A stretch of 64,000 nt of DNA from an uncultured Pseudomonadales bacterium (GTDB taxonomy: Bacteria > Patescibacteriota > Microgenomatia > UBA1400 > UBA1396), in contig CAZEEI010000002.1 of assembly GCA_964511175.1 (NCBI GenBank), positions 66,063 to 130,062 on the forward strand, in the 5' to 3' direction. The translations under genes were made by a program, and so were the position numbers. Shown piece after piece: positions 27,480 to 37,497 of the stretch; the stretch's first letter is position 1, and the number at the start of each line of letters is the position of its first letter. Below the pieces are notes generated by a model. That model saw nothing but the letters and a program-made list of their open reading frames with translations. It was not told the DNA's origin and made no database searches.

Positions 27480-28350
27480 TGTCTTAACCAAAGAGGCCGT
27501 AGATGCCTTGCAAGTCCAATCCGGACAGTGGTACTTAGATGGTACTTTCGGCCGAGGTGGACATACCCGTCATATTTTGGCAGCTGGTGGCAAGGTAATT
27601 GCCTTTGACGTTGATAGCGACGCGATCGCCTACGGTCAAACCGAATTAGCAACCGAGATTAAAGCCAAGCAATTAGTATTGGTCAATAGTAATTTTGCTA
27701 ATTTGAGCCGAGAACTATTCGGCCTAGGGCGCGAACAACACTCGTTGTCCGGAGCCATTTTTGATCTAGGCATGAGCTCCAATCAACTGGAGGAGTCGGG
27801 CCGCGGCTTTAGTTTTCAAAAAGATGAGCCACTCGATATGCGCATGAGTACCGAATTGGGCGTTACTGCTGCCGATTTGGTTAATGCTCTGCCGGAAAAG
27901 CATTTGAAAAATCTGTTTTGGGAGAATGCCCAAGAGAGTTTTGCCAGCGCTATTGCCCGAGCAATTGTGGAACAGCGTCAAAAACAGCCCTTCCACACTA
28001 CCACGGAATTAGCTGATCTTATTACCAAAGTTAAGCGCGGCCGCCAGGGATCACATCTACACCCGGCGACCAAAGTGTTCCAGGCGCTACGAATCGCCGT
28101 TAACATGGAACTAGATAATTTAACCGTTTTGCTGGATCAGGTACGCAACTGGCTTAAGCCGCACGGACGGTTGGTGATTATTTCCTTTCACGAAGGTGAA
28201 GACCGCCTGGTCAAACAGCGTTTCCAAACTTGGGAGGAAATGGGACGCGGTACTCAGATTACCGCTAAACCTATGGTTCCCAGTGAAGCGGAGTTGCAGG
28301 CCAACCCGCGTAGCCGCAGTGCCAAATTACGCGTATTGGAGGTAAAGTGA
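27469..28350 (+). CDS. rsmH: 16S rRNA (cytosine1402-N4)-methyltransferase RsmH
   Basis: HVSVL start, SAM loop DGTFGRGGH and FDLGMSS motif. It lies immediately downstream of mraZ. Confidence 0.85.
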   Translation: MHVSVLTKEAVDALQVQSGQWYLDGTFGRGGHTRHILAAGGKVIAFDVDSDAIAYGQTELATEIKAKQLVLVNSNFANLSRELFGLGREQHSLSGAIFDLGMSSNQLEESGRGFSFQKDEPLDMRMSTELGVTAADLVNALPEKHLKNLFWENAQESFASAIARAIVEQRQKQPFHTTTELADLITKVKRGRQGSHLHPATKVFQALRIAVNMELDNLTVLLDQVRNWLKPHGRLVIISFHEGEDRLVKQRFQTWEEMGRGTQITAKPMVPSEAELQANPRSRSAKLRVLEVK

Positions 28351-28616
28351 TCGGCAAAGTTGGCGGCGGCATCGTCCTGTTTACCCTTCTAATTGGAGCA
28401 GTTTTGGCGGCCGGCAGTACCGTGCACGCTTCCTATTTTTCCGCTCAGCTGGCGCGGCGGGAGCAAGCGGCGCTAGCCAAACAACGTCTCCTGCGCGAAG
28501 AATTAGCCCAAGCCCAATCCTTGCAGGAAGTGGTACGCTATGCCGCAGCGAATGGTTTAGAGCGTACTGAGGTTTTGGCTTCGCTCGACCTCAGTGCGTC
28601 GTTGGCCCAACGCTAG
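28347..28616 (+). CDS. ftsL: FtsL-like cell division protein
   Basis: An 89-aa single-TM protein with a short coiled coil, positioned between rsmH and ftsI as in canonical dcw clusters. Confidence 0.45.
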   Translation: MIGKVGGGIVLFTLLIGAVLAAGSTVHASYFSAQLARREQAALAKQRLLREELAQAQSLQEVVRYAAANGLERTEVLASLDLSASLAQR

Positions 28617-28618
28617 TT

Positions 28619-30367
28619 ATGCGTGATTTTAATCAAGGTTTATCACTAATCGAACAACGCCTGCGGTTGGGGCGTCTGGTTTTTGGTCTAGTTGTTTTAC
28701 TACTGTTGGGGCGTTTGGCTTACTGGCAATTATGGCAGCATGTGACTTTGTCTCAGGCAGCAGAGGCACAGTATGCCACCTCGCGAGCCATTCAAACTCA
28801 GCGCGGCACTATTTTTGACCGACATGGCCAAGTGATGGCCACTAACCAAGAGCGATATACTTTATTTGCCGAACCGCCGGTTCTGACGGCCGATCCGCCC
28901 ACTATTGTAGATAAGTTGTGGCCGATTTTAGCTACTTCGCTGGAGATTCCAGCCGAACGTGCGTCCGATGAAGCTTGGTTAAAAACCCAATCTCAAAATT
29001 GGCAAAACGAATTAGTTTCGACCTTAAGCGCTACGGATCGCAAGTGGTTGCCGCTCTGGCACCGTCTGGACCGCACCCAGCGTGACCAGATTAACGGTTT
29101 ATCTCTGACTGGTTTGGGTTTTGATCCCCGGGAGTATCGCTTGTATCCAGACGCGTCGGTATCGGCTCACATTTTAGGATTTGTCGGCAAGAATGAACAG
29201 GGCGAAGATCAAGGGTATTTTGGGGTAGAAGGTTACTATGATTTGGAGTTGCGCGGCCGGGCAGGGCGCGAAGAGCGCCAAACCACTGCCTTGGGTTTGC
29301 CGATCGCTCTAGGTCAAAGTCAGCAGTTGCGCGCCCAGCCCGGCCGCGACTTAGTACTAACCATCGACAAGGCCCTGCAATTTCGGGTTGAACAAGCCTT
29401 GCTAGCTGGTATTGAGCGTTATGGTGCCGCCAGTGGTGAGGTGGTAATTATGGATCCCCACAACGGTGAGATTTTAGCGATGGCGGCTTTTCCTAATTAC
29501 GACCCCAGCCATTTTCTCGATTTTGATCCCAAAGATTATCGTAATCCGGCGATTGCCGACCTTTATGAACCAGGTTCGACCTTTAAGATTCTAACGGTCG
29601 CGGCTGGTTTGGAAGAGGGGGTGATTACGCCGGAAACCCAGTGTCCAGACTGTGATGGCCCGCGCCTCATTTCCGGTTCCCCCATCCGCACCTGGGATGA
29701 ACAGTATCACCCCAACATCAACATTCGTGACGCGCTGGCCTTATCCGACAACACAGCTATGGTTTTTGTACAGGAACAGTTGGGTAAAGAATCTTTTCTG
29801 TCCTGGTTGCGCCGATTTGGTTTAGACCAGAAGACAGGAATTGATTTGCAGGGCGAAGAACAATACCTTTTCCGGCCGGATGACCAGTGGCGAACCATCG
29901 ACATAGCTACCGCCTCGTTTGGGCAAGGGATTGCTGTTTCCAGCCTAAGTCTAGTGAGAGCGGCGAGCGCGATTGCCAACGGTGGTTTTTTGATTCAACC
30001 TCACGTAGTGCAATCGGTTATTGATCAGGGTGTAACCCTGCCGGTGGAAACCGATCCGCCTCAAACCATTTTGTCGCCGGAAACGACCCGCACCGTTACC
30101 GACTTAATGATCAACGCTGTCCAAAAAGGTGATGCTAAATGGGTGGCTCCCCAGGATATGGTGGTGGCCGGTAAGACTGGCACTGCCCAAATTGCGGAAA
30201 AGGGGAAGTATTTAGAAGACAAAACGATTGCCAGTTTTATTGGTTTTGCGCCGGCCGATCATCCCGAATTTGTAATGTTGGTTAAACTGCGCGAACCAAC
30301 TACTTCACCTTGGGGTTCGGAGACGGCCGCACCGCTTTGGTTCCAGATTGCTCACTTTTTACGGTAA
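28619..30367 (+). CDS. ftsI: penicillin-binding protein 2/3 (FtsI-type transpeptidase)
   Basis: A TM anchor, a PBP dimerisation domain, and transpeptidase motifs SxxK (STFK), SxN (SDN) and KTG(T) (KTGTAQ). Confidence 0.85.
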   Translation: MRDFNQGLSLIEQRLRLGRLVFGLVVLLLLGRLAYWQLWQHVTLSQAAEAQYATSRAIQTQRGTIFDRHGQVMATNQERYTLFAEPPVLTADPPTIVDKLWPILATSLEIPAERASDEAWLKTQSQNWQNELVSTLSATDRKWLPLWHRLDRTQRDQINGLSLTGLGFDPREYRLYPDASVSAHILGFVGKNEQGEDQGYFGVEGYYDLELRGRAGREERQTTALGLPIALGQSQQLRAQPGRDLVLTIDKALQFRVEQALLAGIERYGAASGEVVIMDPHNGEILAMAAFPNYDPSHFLDFDPKDYRNPAIADLYEPGSTFKILTVAAGLEEGVITPETQCPDCDGPRLISGSPIRTWDEQYHPNINIRDALALSDNTAMVFVQEQLGKESFLSWLRRFGLDQKTGIDLQGEEQYLFRPDDQWRTIDIATASFGQGIAVSSLSLVRAASAIANGGFLIQPHVVQSVIDQGVTLPVETDPPQTILSPETTRTVTDLMINAVQKGDAKWVAPQDMVVAGKTGTAQIAEKGKYLEDKTIASFIGFAPADHPEFVMLVKLREPTTSPWGSETAAPLWFQIAHFLR

Positions 30368-30399
30368 TTTGCTATGCTAAGTGGCGAAAGGTTTAAAGT

Positions 30400-31644
30400 A
30401 TGAGGGTTGGCAAAGCAAGCACGGGCGAATCAGGATTAGGTAGAACTCAATTATTAACCGAAAAGCTTAAGCCGCAAAAAGAAAGAAAAATCCGCTGGTT
30501 CCGTTGGTGGAAAATTCTTTTAGGTTTAATTTTAGTAGGAGTGGTGACGGCGCCCAGCGGGAGTGAAAAAGTTTCCGCATTTGATCCGAATAATCAAGAG
30601 ATTCCAAGCGGGTGGGGGCTAGCCAGCTTGCTTGTTGACGCTGTCCGACAAGAGGCAGAAGCCGAAGCCAAAAAAATTGAAGATACCCTGGCCAGTGAGG
30701 TTGGAGAACGGGTTAATCCCTACTACCAACCCTACAGCGAAATAATGGCGCAGGGAATAGAAGAGTTTAAAGCGGCCCACCCAGATATACCAGTGGTCTG
30801 GCATAAATCTGAACAATATTTTGATGATACCGATCTGATCCGCATACTACTGACACCAATTACCGCAGAGGAGGTTTGGACTGACGAGGATGTTGGTACA
30901 TTACCAATCAAATATTTAGCCTCAGCAGCCACTAATAGTAGTACTGAAGACATGTCTAAACTTTCCTTGTTGATAAAGCATCGTTTACCTCCAGAAATAC
31001 TTGAGACTATTTTGCTTGCCGAGAGTCAAATACCAGTTGTCCCGGGGACTGATTTATATAACCAAGCAGGCGATCTTTATGACGAGAGTAGTTGGCAGCT
31101 TTTTGAGACATACTACAACGAAATTAAGCAAGATTTAGAAACAATATATCAAGAGAGAGGTGGTGGGGAGCCATTGTCCCAGTCTGCGGTCTTAGCTTAT
31201 TTTTTGGACAAATATAACGGTGATCTCAATGCTGCCCTGAGCGATTTATCCGGATTTATGAAGCAAATGAGATTCCAAATTAATTGGTTGCGAAAATATA
31301 TTCAGGATCAACATAATCCCTATTTTTCCCTCAATGATTTACCTCCTTTTGGTGAAACTACGGATTTTCCGGGCAAACATTTTGCCCAAAGTGATTTACT
31401 ACTCTATGACACAATGCCTGGGGAACAGCAGGATTGGGCCACCAGTATTTGGGGTCTGAGCTATCACTCACCATATATGGTAAAGCTTTTGTCGGACTCT
31501 TCGCCAGAAGTAATTAAATTGTTTTGTCTCTACGAATACATAAACTATGATCATGTAGCCGAGCCATACAAAGAAATTTATGATTTTCTTATGCTGGACG
31601 AACTTTACGAGATACTCGCCCTGCTTGAGTCCTATAGTCGATAG
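30400..31644 (+). CDS. hypothetical membrane-anchored protein (414 aa)
   Basis: A basic cytoplasmic N-terminus, one TM helix (WKILLGLILVGVVTA) and an approx. 350-aa acidic ectodomain with no recognised motif. It sits in an AT-richer segment. Confidence 0.4.
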   Translation: MRVGKASTGESGLGRTQLLTEKLKPQKERKIRWFRWWKILLGLILVGVVTAPSGSEKVSAFDPNNQEIPSGWGLASLLVDAVRQEAEAEAKKIEDTLASEVGERVNPYYQPYSEIMAQGIEEFKAAHPDIPVVWHKSEQYFDDTDLIRILLTPITAEEVWTDEDVGTLPIKYLASAATNSSTEDMSKLSLLIKHRLPPEILETILLAESQIPVVPGTDLYNQAGDLYDESSWQLFETYYNEIKQDLETIYQERGGGEPLSQSAVLAYFLDKYNGDLNAALSDLSGFMKQMRFQINWLRKYIQDQHNPYFSLNDLPPFGETTDFPGKHFAQSDLLLYDTMPGEQQDWATSIWGLSYHSPYMVKLLSDSSPEVIKLFCLYEYINYDHVAEPYKEIYDFLMLDELYEILALLESYSR

Positions 31645-31731
31645 GTATTCCTGTAAAAGGGATGAAGTTGTATAGGGATATAGACCAATACCGAGAATTG
31701 TAATAGGATGAATGTATTGTAAGGGAGTGTT

Positions 31732-33819
31732 ATGCCAGAAAAAAATGGGCCTGATTTTGATAATCCAGGAATGACACCACAGCTCTATGAGGGTCCGGTT
31801 GCCTATACTCTGGATACACAAAAGCATTCGGTGAAAATTGGTGCTACAGATCTGGATTCTATAGAAACTACGCGCATAACTAATGAATCTTCTCCAGAAA
31901 GCCAGCAAGCCTTTGTCGAACAACGTCAGCATATGGCTGAGATGGAAAATGCCATGATGGATGCATCAGTGCTTATTACTGCAGAGGGTGTGGATCCGGC
32001 AGTTAAAGCTGAATTGCGAGCCTATCTACAGTCAATTGGGAAAAGCATTCAAACACTTGTTGCCAAGATGCCAAAGTTGAAAGAAACATATGCCTATATT
32101 TTTAAGGCACAAAAGAGACAGCTCGAACCGCACAGACCATCGCTTACAGTTGCCCCGGAAGTGGTTTTACCCGTAGATTTGGCAAGGGAAGCCAAACAAC
32201 ATGTCCAGGATTTTCTGTTTGGGGGCGAGGGGTCTTCTGGCACGCCGCGCATTAACATTAAAGAGAATACCACTACACAAAAACTGGAGATAAGTTCCTA
32301 TCGGTATATTCCTGATCCCGGCGGAAATCCTCATTTAGATAGAGAAGAGGTTGTTCCTCTCGGATGGAGAGGTAATGTTGATTGGCAACCAGATAGCGGG
32401 GTGCGACGCAAATATCCCGATCTAGACAAGCTTTGTTTAGCTTTAAAACCGATTCTAGAGAGAGAAGTAGCCAGTATTTTGCCGAGTTTATCAACAGAGC
32501 CCTTGGCCAAGGCAACTAGGGCAAAAATTGAAGCCTGTTGTGCCAATAAAACGGCTAATGTTTTGTATACCCTTGATAGTGCCTTTGACTCCAAGAGTTT
32601 GGTGACCGATATATCCCTAGAGGGGCCGGACAAATCAGGCATAGTAGAGGCTGTGATGTTGCGACGGGAACAAGGGGTAGGAAAAAAGAAAGCCGACCGT
32701 TTACATTTGCCTGAAACGGCTTATCTAGATAGAAAACGAGTTGAGCCTCAAGATCTGTCTGACCCCCAACTACGAGCTGATTTGAGTGATCTACACGGTT
32801 CGGGCGTGTCAGAGGCTGAGTTGATGGGGTTATATGCTCCTCTGCCTGATTATGCACTACGAGCGTTGGAAGGCTTGCTGGACGACGAGGGGAATGTGGT
32901 GAGTTTGGTGTCGCGTGATCAGATTATGGCGCTGTTTGATGTTTCATCAGGAGCTCCACATCAGTCGAAAAATACTTTGTTAGACCAAATAAGTAAAGAT
33001 GTGGCCGATATTGTCATCCTAAAAGAAAAAAGGAAACATCAAGCTGATGTTGATTTAAAATCTACGCTTGATCGGCAACAAAACGGTTTATATCAGGAGA
33101 TTAGGAGTTTTCTGGCTAAATTAAATCCGCCCGCTTCTCGACTAGAGGATGTAGTGGCGCGAAAAGGAAGACTTGGCTTAGGTGGCGTAACCAATCAAGC
33201 CGATGTCGAAGCCAGGGAAGATTTTGAACGCCGCCAGACTGAATTGAGCGAACAGCAACGAGTGGTTAGTGAAAGGTTGAAGGCCTATAAGCCACAGACT
33301 GTTTATGGTTCGCAGGATGAGGGACAAGTTATGGCAGGGATTCAGAGACAGCTTGATCGTGCTGTCACGCTTACCTACAAAGCGGGGTCCTTACCAATCA
33401 TTTTGGACCAAGATTTATTTAAGGGTGTGACATCGGAACCGATGGAAACTTTAGTTGACCGATTACGGGAAAAACTTGATCAGCAAGCACAAAAGATAGC
33501 GTCGACCGTAGCGGCTGAAACGGCAGCGACGATAGATAAATTGACACAGGACTTTGCCAGAACTAAGGCTCTTTTAGAAAGAGTGATGGAAACCCCGGAT
33601 CAATCAAGGATGCAGGAGGCTGTTTTAGCCTATATTCAGGGAAGAATGTACAATTTTTCAGATGATCGGTTGTCTATGTATAAACCTGAGCAAAGAATCT
33701 TCTATTATGCTGGCCAAAGAAGCCGGGCAACGGCGGCGAGGTGGTCTGTTTCGTCGGTTCCTGAGAATATCCGAGAGAGAGTGCGGCTTTTTGATGTTTT
33801 GCCTCAAGATGCGGTATAG
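31732..33819 (+). CDS. large hypothetical protein (695 aa)
   Basis: A long uninterrupted ORF with an RBS-like GGGAG upstream. No TM segments or motifs were recognised. The composition is similar to the preceding ORF. Confidence 0.45.
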   Translation: MPEKNGPDFDNPGMTPQLYEGPVAYTLDTQKHSVKIGATDLDSIETTRITNESSPESQQAFVEQRQHMAEMENAMMDASVLITAEGVDPAVKAELRAYLQSIGKSIQTLVAKMPKLKETYAYIFKAQKRQLEPHRPSLTVAPEVVLPVDLAREAKQHVQDFLFGGEGSSGTPRINIKENTTTQKLEISSYRYIPDPGGNPHLDREEVVPLGWRGNVDWQPDSGVRRKYPDLDKLCLALKPILEREVASILPSLSTEPLAKATRAKIEACCANKTANVLYTLDSAFDSKSLVTDISLEGPDKSGIVEAVMLRREQGVGKKKADRLHLPETAYLDRKRVEPQDLSDPQLRADLSDLHGSGVSEAELMGLYAPLPDYALRALEGLLDDEGNVVSLVSRDQIMALFDVSSGAPHQSKNTLLDQISKDVADIVILKEKRKHQADVDLKSTLDRQQNGLYQEIRSFLAKLNPPASRLEDVVARKGRLGLGGVTNQADVEAREDFERRQTELSEQQRVVSERLKAYKPQTVYGSQDEGQVMAGIQRQLDRAVTLTYKAGSLPIILDQDLFKGVTSEPMETLVDRLREKLDQQAQKIASTVAAETAATIDKLTQDFARTKALLERVMETPDQSRMQEAVLAYIQGRMYNFSDDRLSMYKPEQRIFYYAGQRSRATAARWSVSSVPENIRERVRLFDVLPQDAV

Positions 33820-33860
33820 CTTGTTTATCTACTTCGCTGAGGTGCTATTCTATAAAAGTA

Positions 33861-35054
33861 ATGTTGAGTTTATTGCGTGTCCGCCGCATTCACCACTGGT
33901 TTAGTTCTTTTCTGTTTAGGGCTTTACCAGCCAATCTGTATTATGGTTTCCCAGGTCGAAGGCTGAAAATCTACGGCATTACCGGTACAGATGGTAAAAC
34001 GACTAGTGCCACTTTGCTTTATCAAGTACTTAAAACGGCTGGTTATAAAGTGGCACTAATTTCGACCGTGGCGGCTTTTATCGGCAATGAGGAAATCGAT
34101 ACCGGCTTCCACGTGACTTCGCCGGAGCCGTGGGCGCTGCAGCGATTGTTGCGCCGTTGTTTGGATCGTGGAATCGAACATGTAGTGCTGGAGGTAACTT
34201 CGCATGGTTTTTTTCAGTACCGAACGTGGGGCACTGAGTTTGCTGTGGCTGGTTTGACCAATATCACTCCGGAGCACCTCGATTATTTTGAAACTTATGA
34301 GCGATATGCACGAGTAAAAGGCGAATTTTTATTATCAGCTAAACAAGCGATTCTTAATAAATCCGATCGTTCCTTTTCTTTACTGCAGCTGATGTTTAAC
34401 CGACACCATCACACCTATTTAATTTATGATCAGAAACTAAGCAGTAATGAGGTTGATCGTGCCATTAGTGATCGTTTTACCGAACCCTACAATTGCTGGA
34501 ATGCCAAATTGGTGTGGGCCATGGCGGAGCAACTAGGTATTACCACTAATGTTTTTACCCAAGCCTCAACCTCTTTTACTGGTGTGCGCGGCCGGATGGA
34601 AGAGATTGCCAACCGAACCGGTAAGCGGGTGATTGTTGATTTTGCCCATACACCCAACGGACTAGAGCAAGCCCTGACCGCTTTGCGCCCGCAAGCCAAA
34701 CAACAACTAATTGCGGTTTATGGGTGCGCGGGTTTTCGCGACCGTAGTAAACGGGCGCCGATGGGACGAATTGGCACCGAGATTGCTGATCTTTGCGTTT
34801 TCACCAGCGAAGACCCGCGCACGGAAGATATCCAAGTAATCATGCGCCAGATGAAAGAGGGAGTGCAGCCGCCCCACCACCGCAAGATCGTTACTATTCC
34901 CGATCGACGCGCCGCCATCGCTTTTGCTCTCCAACAAGCCAAACGCGGTGACGTGGTAGGCATCTTTGGTAAGGGTCACGAAAAGTCTTTGTGTATCGGT
35001 AAAAAGGAATATCCCTGGTCGGATCAGGAAACGGTGCGGGAGTTGTTAGGCTAG
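33861..35054 (+). CDS. murE: UDP-N-acetylmuramoyl-L-alanyl-D-glutamate--2,6-diaminopimelate ligase
   Basis: Mur ligase P-loop GITGTDGKTT and the DxR/HTP C-terminal region (DFAHTPNGL) match MurE. The N-terminal domain is short. Confidence 0.75.
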   Translation: MLSLLRVRRIHHWFSSFLFRALPANLYYGFPGRRLKIYGITGTDGKTTSATLLYQVLKTAGYKVALISTVAAFIGNEEIDTGFHVTSPEPWALQRLLRRCLDRGIEHVVLEVTSHGFFQYRTWGTEFAVAGLTNITPEHLDYFETYERYARVKGEFLLSAKQAILNKSDRSFSLLQLMFNRHHHTYLIYDQKLSSNEVDRAISDRFTEPYNCWNAKLVWAMAEQLGITTNVFTQASTSFTGVRGRMEEIANRTGKRVIVDFAHTPNGLEQALTALRPQAKQQLIAVYGCAGFRDRSKRAPMGRIGTEIADLCVFTSEDPRTEDIQVIMRQMKEGVQPPHHRKIVTIPDRRAAIAFALQQAKRGDVVGIFGKGHEKSLCIGKKEYPWSDQETVRELLG

Positions 35055-35087
35055 TTTAGTCGGGATTAACCGAATGTTTAAGATAAG

Positions 35088-35906
35088 ATGGTAAAGAATA
35101 AACTGACAGCAATCACTCGCTGGTTTATTGGCACCTTCTTTGTTCTAGCAATTCTCTCGGTCTGTCAACCGAAATCCGCTCCGACACCTGTTCTCGAAGT
35201 TATTCAGCCAGAAACGACACCAACCCTCACTAGCGAACCACCCACCCAGCCAGAAAGCAACAAACAAGAAGCCACTTTAATTCGGGTAATTGATGGCGAT
35301 ACGGTGGAGGCTTCAATCAGTGGCAGTAAGCAGACAATTCGGGTTATTGGCATTGATACTCCTGAGACGGTTGATCCTCGGAAAAGGGTTGAGTGTTTTG
35401 GCACTGAGGCATCTAAGCAAGCCAAACTTTACTTTGAAGGTAATGAACAAATTTGGCTGGAGTCAGATTCGACTCAGAGTGATAGGGACAAATACGGCCG
35501 ATTGTTGCGTTATATTTTTACCGATGATGGTTCGGTGGATTATGGCCGGGTAATGATTACTCTTGGCTATGCGAACGAATACACCTACAGCAATCCTTAT
35601 AAATATCAATCAATTTATCAGCAAGCCGAACAAGAGGCTCGAGACGGCAAGAAAGGGTTGTGGGCAGATGATGCTTGCGTGGCTACGCCGAATCCAACTG
35701 CTAAACCAATTACTAATTCACAACCAGTCGCGCCGGCAACGAGTGTTGGGAAAAAAAGTTGCTCTGGACCAGATTTAGACTGCGGTGATTTTTCTTCGCG
35801 TTCCGAAGTCCGCCAATTTTGGAACGCTTGTGGATTTTCAGCCAGTAATGATCCGCATAGACTTGATGGTAGTGACCAAGATGGTCAACCCTGTGAGAGT
35901 TTATAA
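35088..35906 (+). CDS. secreted thermonuclease (SNase-like) with a C-terminal Excalibur Ca-binding domain
   Basis: A signal/anchor segment. The SNase core is VIDGDTV...IRVIGIDTPE...GRLLRYIF...GYA. The C-terminus DCGDFSSRSEVRQFWNACG...DPHRLDGSDQDGQPCE matches the Excalibur consensus. Confidence 0.7.
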   Translation: MVKNKLTAITRWFIGTFFVLAILSVCQPKSAPTPVLEVIQPETTPTLTSEPPTQPESNKQEATLIRVIDGDTVEASISGSKQTIRVIGIDTPETVDPRKRVECFGTEASKQAKLYFEGNEQIWLESDSTQSDRDKYGRLLRYIFTDDGSVDYGRVMITLGYANEYTYSNPYKYQSIYQQAEQEARDGKKGLWADDACVATPNPTAKPITNSQPVAPATSVGKKSCSGPDLDCGDFSSRSEVRQFWNACGFSASNDPHRLDGSDQDGQPCESL

Positions 35907-35981
35907 AACCTGATTAGAGACCGCAGGCTAGGGCGATGTATAATTTTCTTGTATCACTACGCTACTACATAGAAAAAAGAC

Positions 35982-36476
35982 ATGGTCAGCCAGTCAGTTT
36001 CCGTTACCCGCAAGCCAGTTTTCTCCGGCGAACGTCAGTTTACGGTTTCGGTCTGGTTGTTAACCAAAAGCCGGCCGGCCAAGGTTTTACTGGTTCATCA
36101 CCGCAAGTTAGGTAGCTGGCTGCAGCCAGGCGGCCATATCGAACCGGCGGAAAACCCAAGACAAGCGGCTATTCGGGAAGTAAAGGAAGAAACTAATTTG
36201 GATATTTCTCAACAACTTAAGCCCAGCAGCCAAGCCAGCGAGGACGCCCTGCTATTATCAGTGCCGCGTTTTATTATGGAACAGCCAATTCCGGCGCATG
36301 GCGATCAACCGGCGCATTTTCATATCGATTTAGAATATGTAGTGATCCTGCCAGAGCAAACCGTCACCCATCAAGCCGAAGAGGCGCACGATATCGGCTG
36401 GTTTACGTTGGCCCAAACCAAGCCGCTCCACCTATTTGCCAATACCCGTTTCATCTTGCAAAAACTCTTGGCTTGA
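35982..36476 (+). CDS. NUDIX hydrolase
   Basis: Nudix box GGHIEPAENPRQAAIREVKEETNL (GX5EX7REVXEEXGL). Confidence 0.7.
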   Translation: MVSQSVSVTRKPVFSGERQFTVSVWLLTKSRPAKVLLVHHRKLGSWLQPGGHIEPAENPRQAAIREVKEETNLDISQQLKPSSQASEDALLLSVPRFIMEQPIPAHGDQPAHFHIDLEYVVILPEQTVTHQAEEAHDIGWFTLAQTKPLHLFANTRFILQKLLA

Positions 36477-36492
36477 AGTAGCCTGGCAGCAT

Positions 36493-37497
36493 ATGGTTAA
36501 ACGTCCCGCGGTGGTGGTTTTGGGTGGTGGTACCGGTACCTTCATGATGTTAACGGCGCTCAAACGACTACCAGTTGACTTGACCGCGATCCTCACCATG
36601 GTTGACGAAGGCGGCTCTAATAAAATTCTCCGTGATCAGTTTGGGCTATTACCAACCTCGGGTATTAGACAGGCGATTGTGGCTCTGTCCGAAGATGATT
36701 CCTTGTTGCGTGATCTCTTCAACTACCGTTTCCATCAGGGCGAAGGGATTAGCGGCATGACTTTTGGCAATCTCTTTATGGCGGCACTAACCGACATTGT
36801 TGGTTCGCAGAAAAAGGCCATTGTGGAGACGCAGAACTTACTGCGTGTCCGGGGTAAGATTTTACCGATTTCTTACGATGATGTTCGCCTAATTGCCCAT
36901 TATGCCGACGGCACGGAAGCGGTGGGCGAGCACCTCATTGATGAACCAACTCACACTGAGGCGAAACGGATTATTTCTTTGCACACCGAGCCGATCGCTC
37001 ATCTTTCCACGGAAGCCCAGCAAGCCATTAGTGCGGCCGATTTTATCGTGATCGGGCCGGGCGACTTTTTCACCAACACGATAGCTAACTTTGTGGTTGA
37101 CGGCGTACCAGAGGCTCTGCACCAGAGCCAAGCTAAAAAAATGTTTATCCTTAACTTAATGACCAAATTTGGCGAGACTCCCAGTTACACCACCACCACC
37201 TTTTTAAACGATATTGATCAATATTATGGTTTAGCTGGCCTTGACTACGCCGTGGTTAACAACAACCACGCGTTTCCAACGGCAGCTCTCCAGCTTTATG
37301 CGCAGGAAAAGGCTGAACCAATTCAGGATGATATTGGGGGTGATGCCTACCGTGGCGTGAAAATATTGCGCACCGATTTGTTGGCTGAACAGGTTTTTAC
37401 TAAAGCCCCAGGTGATGCCATTGCCCGCAGTATTTTGCGTCACGATCCGGAAAAATTTGCCCGTTTCTTTGCCGATCAATTTTTAACCGTGCTATGA
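36493..37497 (+). CDS. YvcK/CofD-family gluconeogenesis-factor-like protein (UPF0052)
   Basis: N-terminal VVVLGGGTG and MVDEGGS motifs characteristic of the YvcK/2-phospho-L-lactate-transferase fold. Start set at the internal MVKRPAVVV. Confidence 0.65.
   Translation: MVKRPAVVVLGGGTGTFMMLTALKRLPVDLTAILTMVDEGGSNKILRDQFGLLPTSGIRQAIVALSEDDSLLRDLFNYRFHQGEGISGMTFGNLFMAALTDIVGSQKKAIVETQNLLRVRGKILPISYDDVRLIAHYADGTEAVGEHLIDEPTHTEAKRIISLHTEPIAHLSTEAQQAISAADFIVIGPGDFFTNTIANFVVDGVPEALHQSQAKKMFILNLMTKFGETPSYTTTTFLNDIDQYYGLAGLDYAVVNNNHAFPTAALQLYAQEKAEPIQDDIGGDAYRGVKILRTDLLAEQVFTKAPGDAIARSILRHDPEKFARFFADQFLTVL

Noticed and set aside
31468-31932. 154-aa minus-strand ORF spanning the junction between the two large plus-strand unknown genes
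   Set aside because: It is antisense to and overlapping two longer co-oriented ORFs in an AT-rich region. The translation is a low-complexity Ile/Phe/Trp-rich sequence typical of spurious antisense ORFs.
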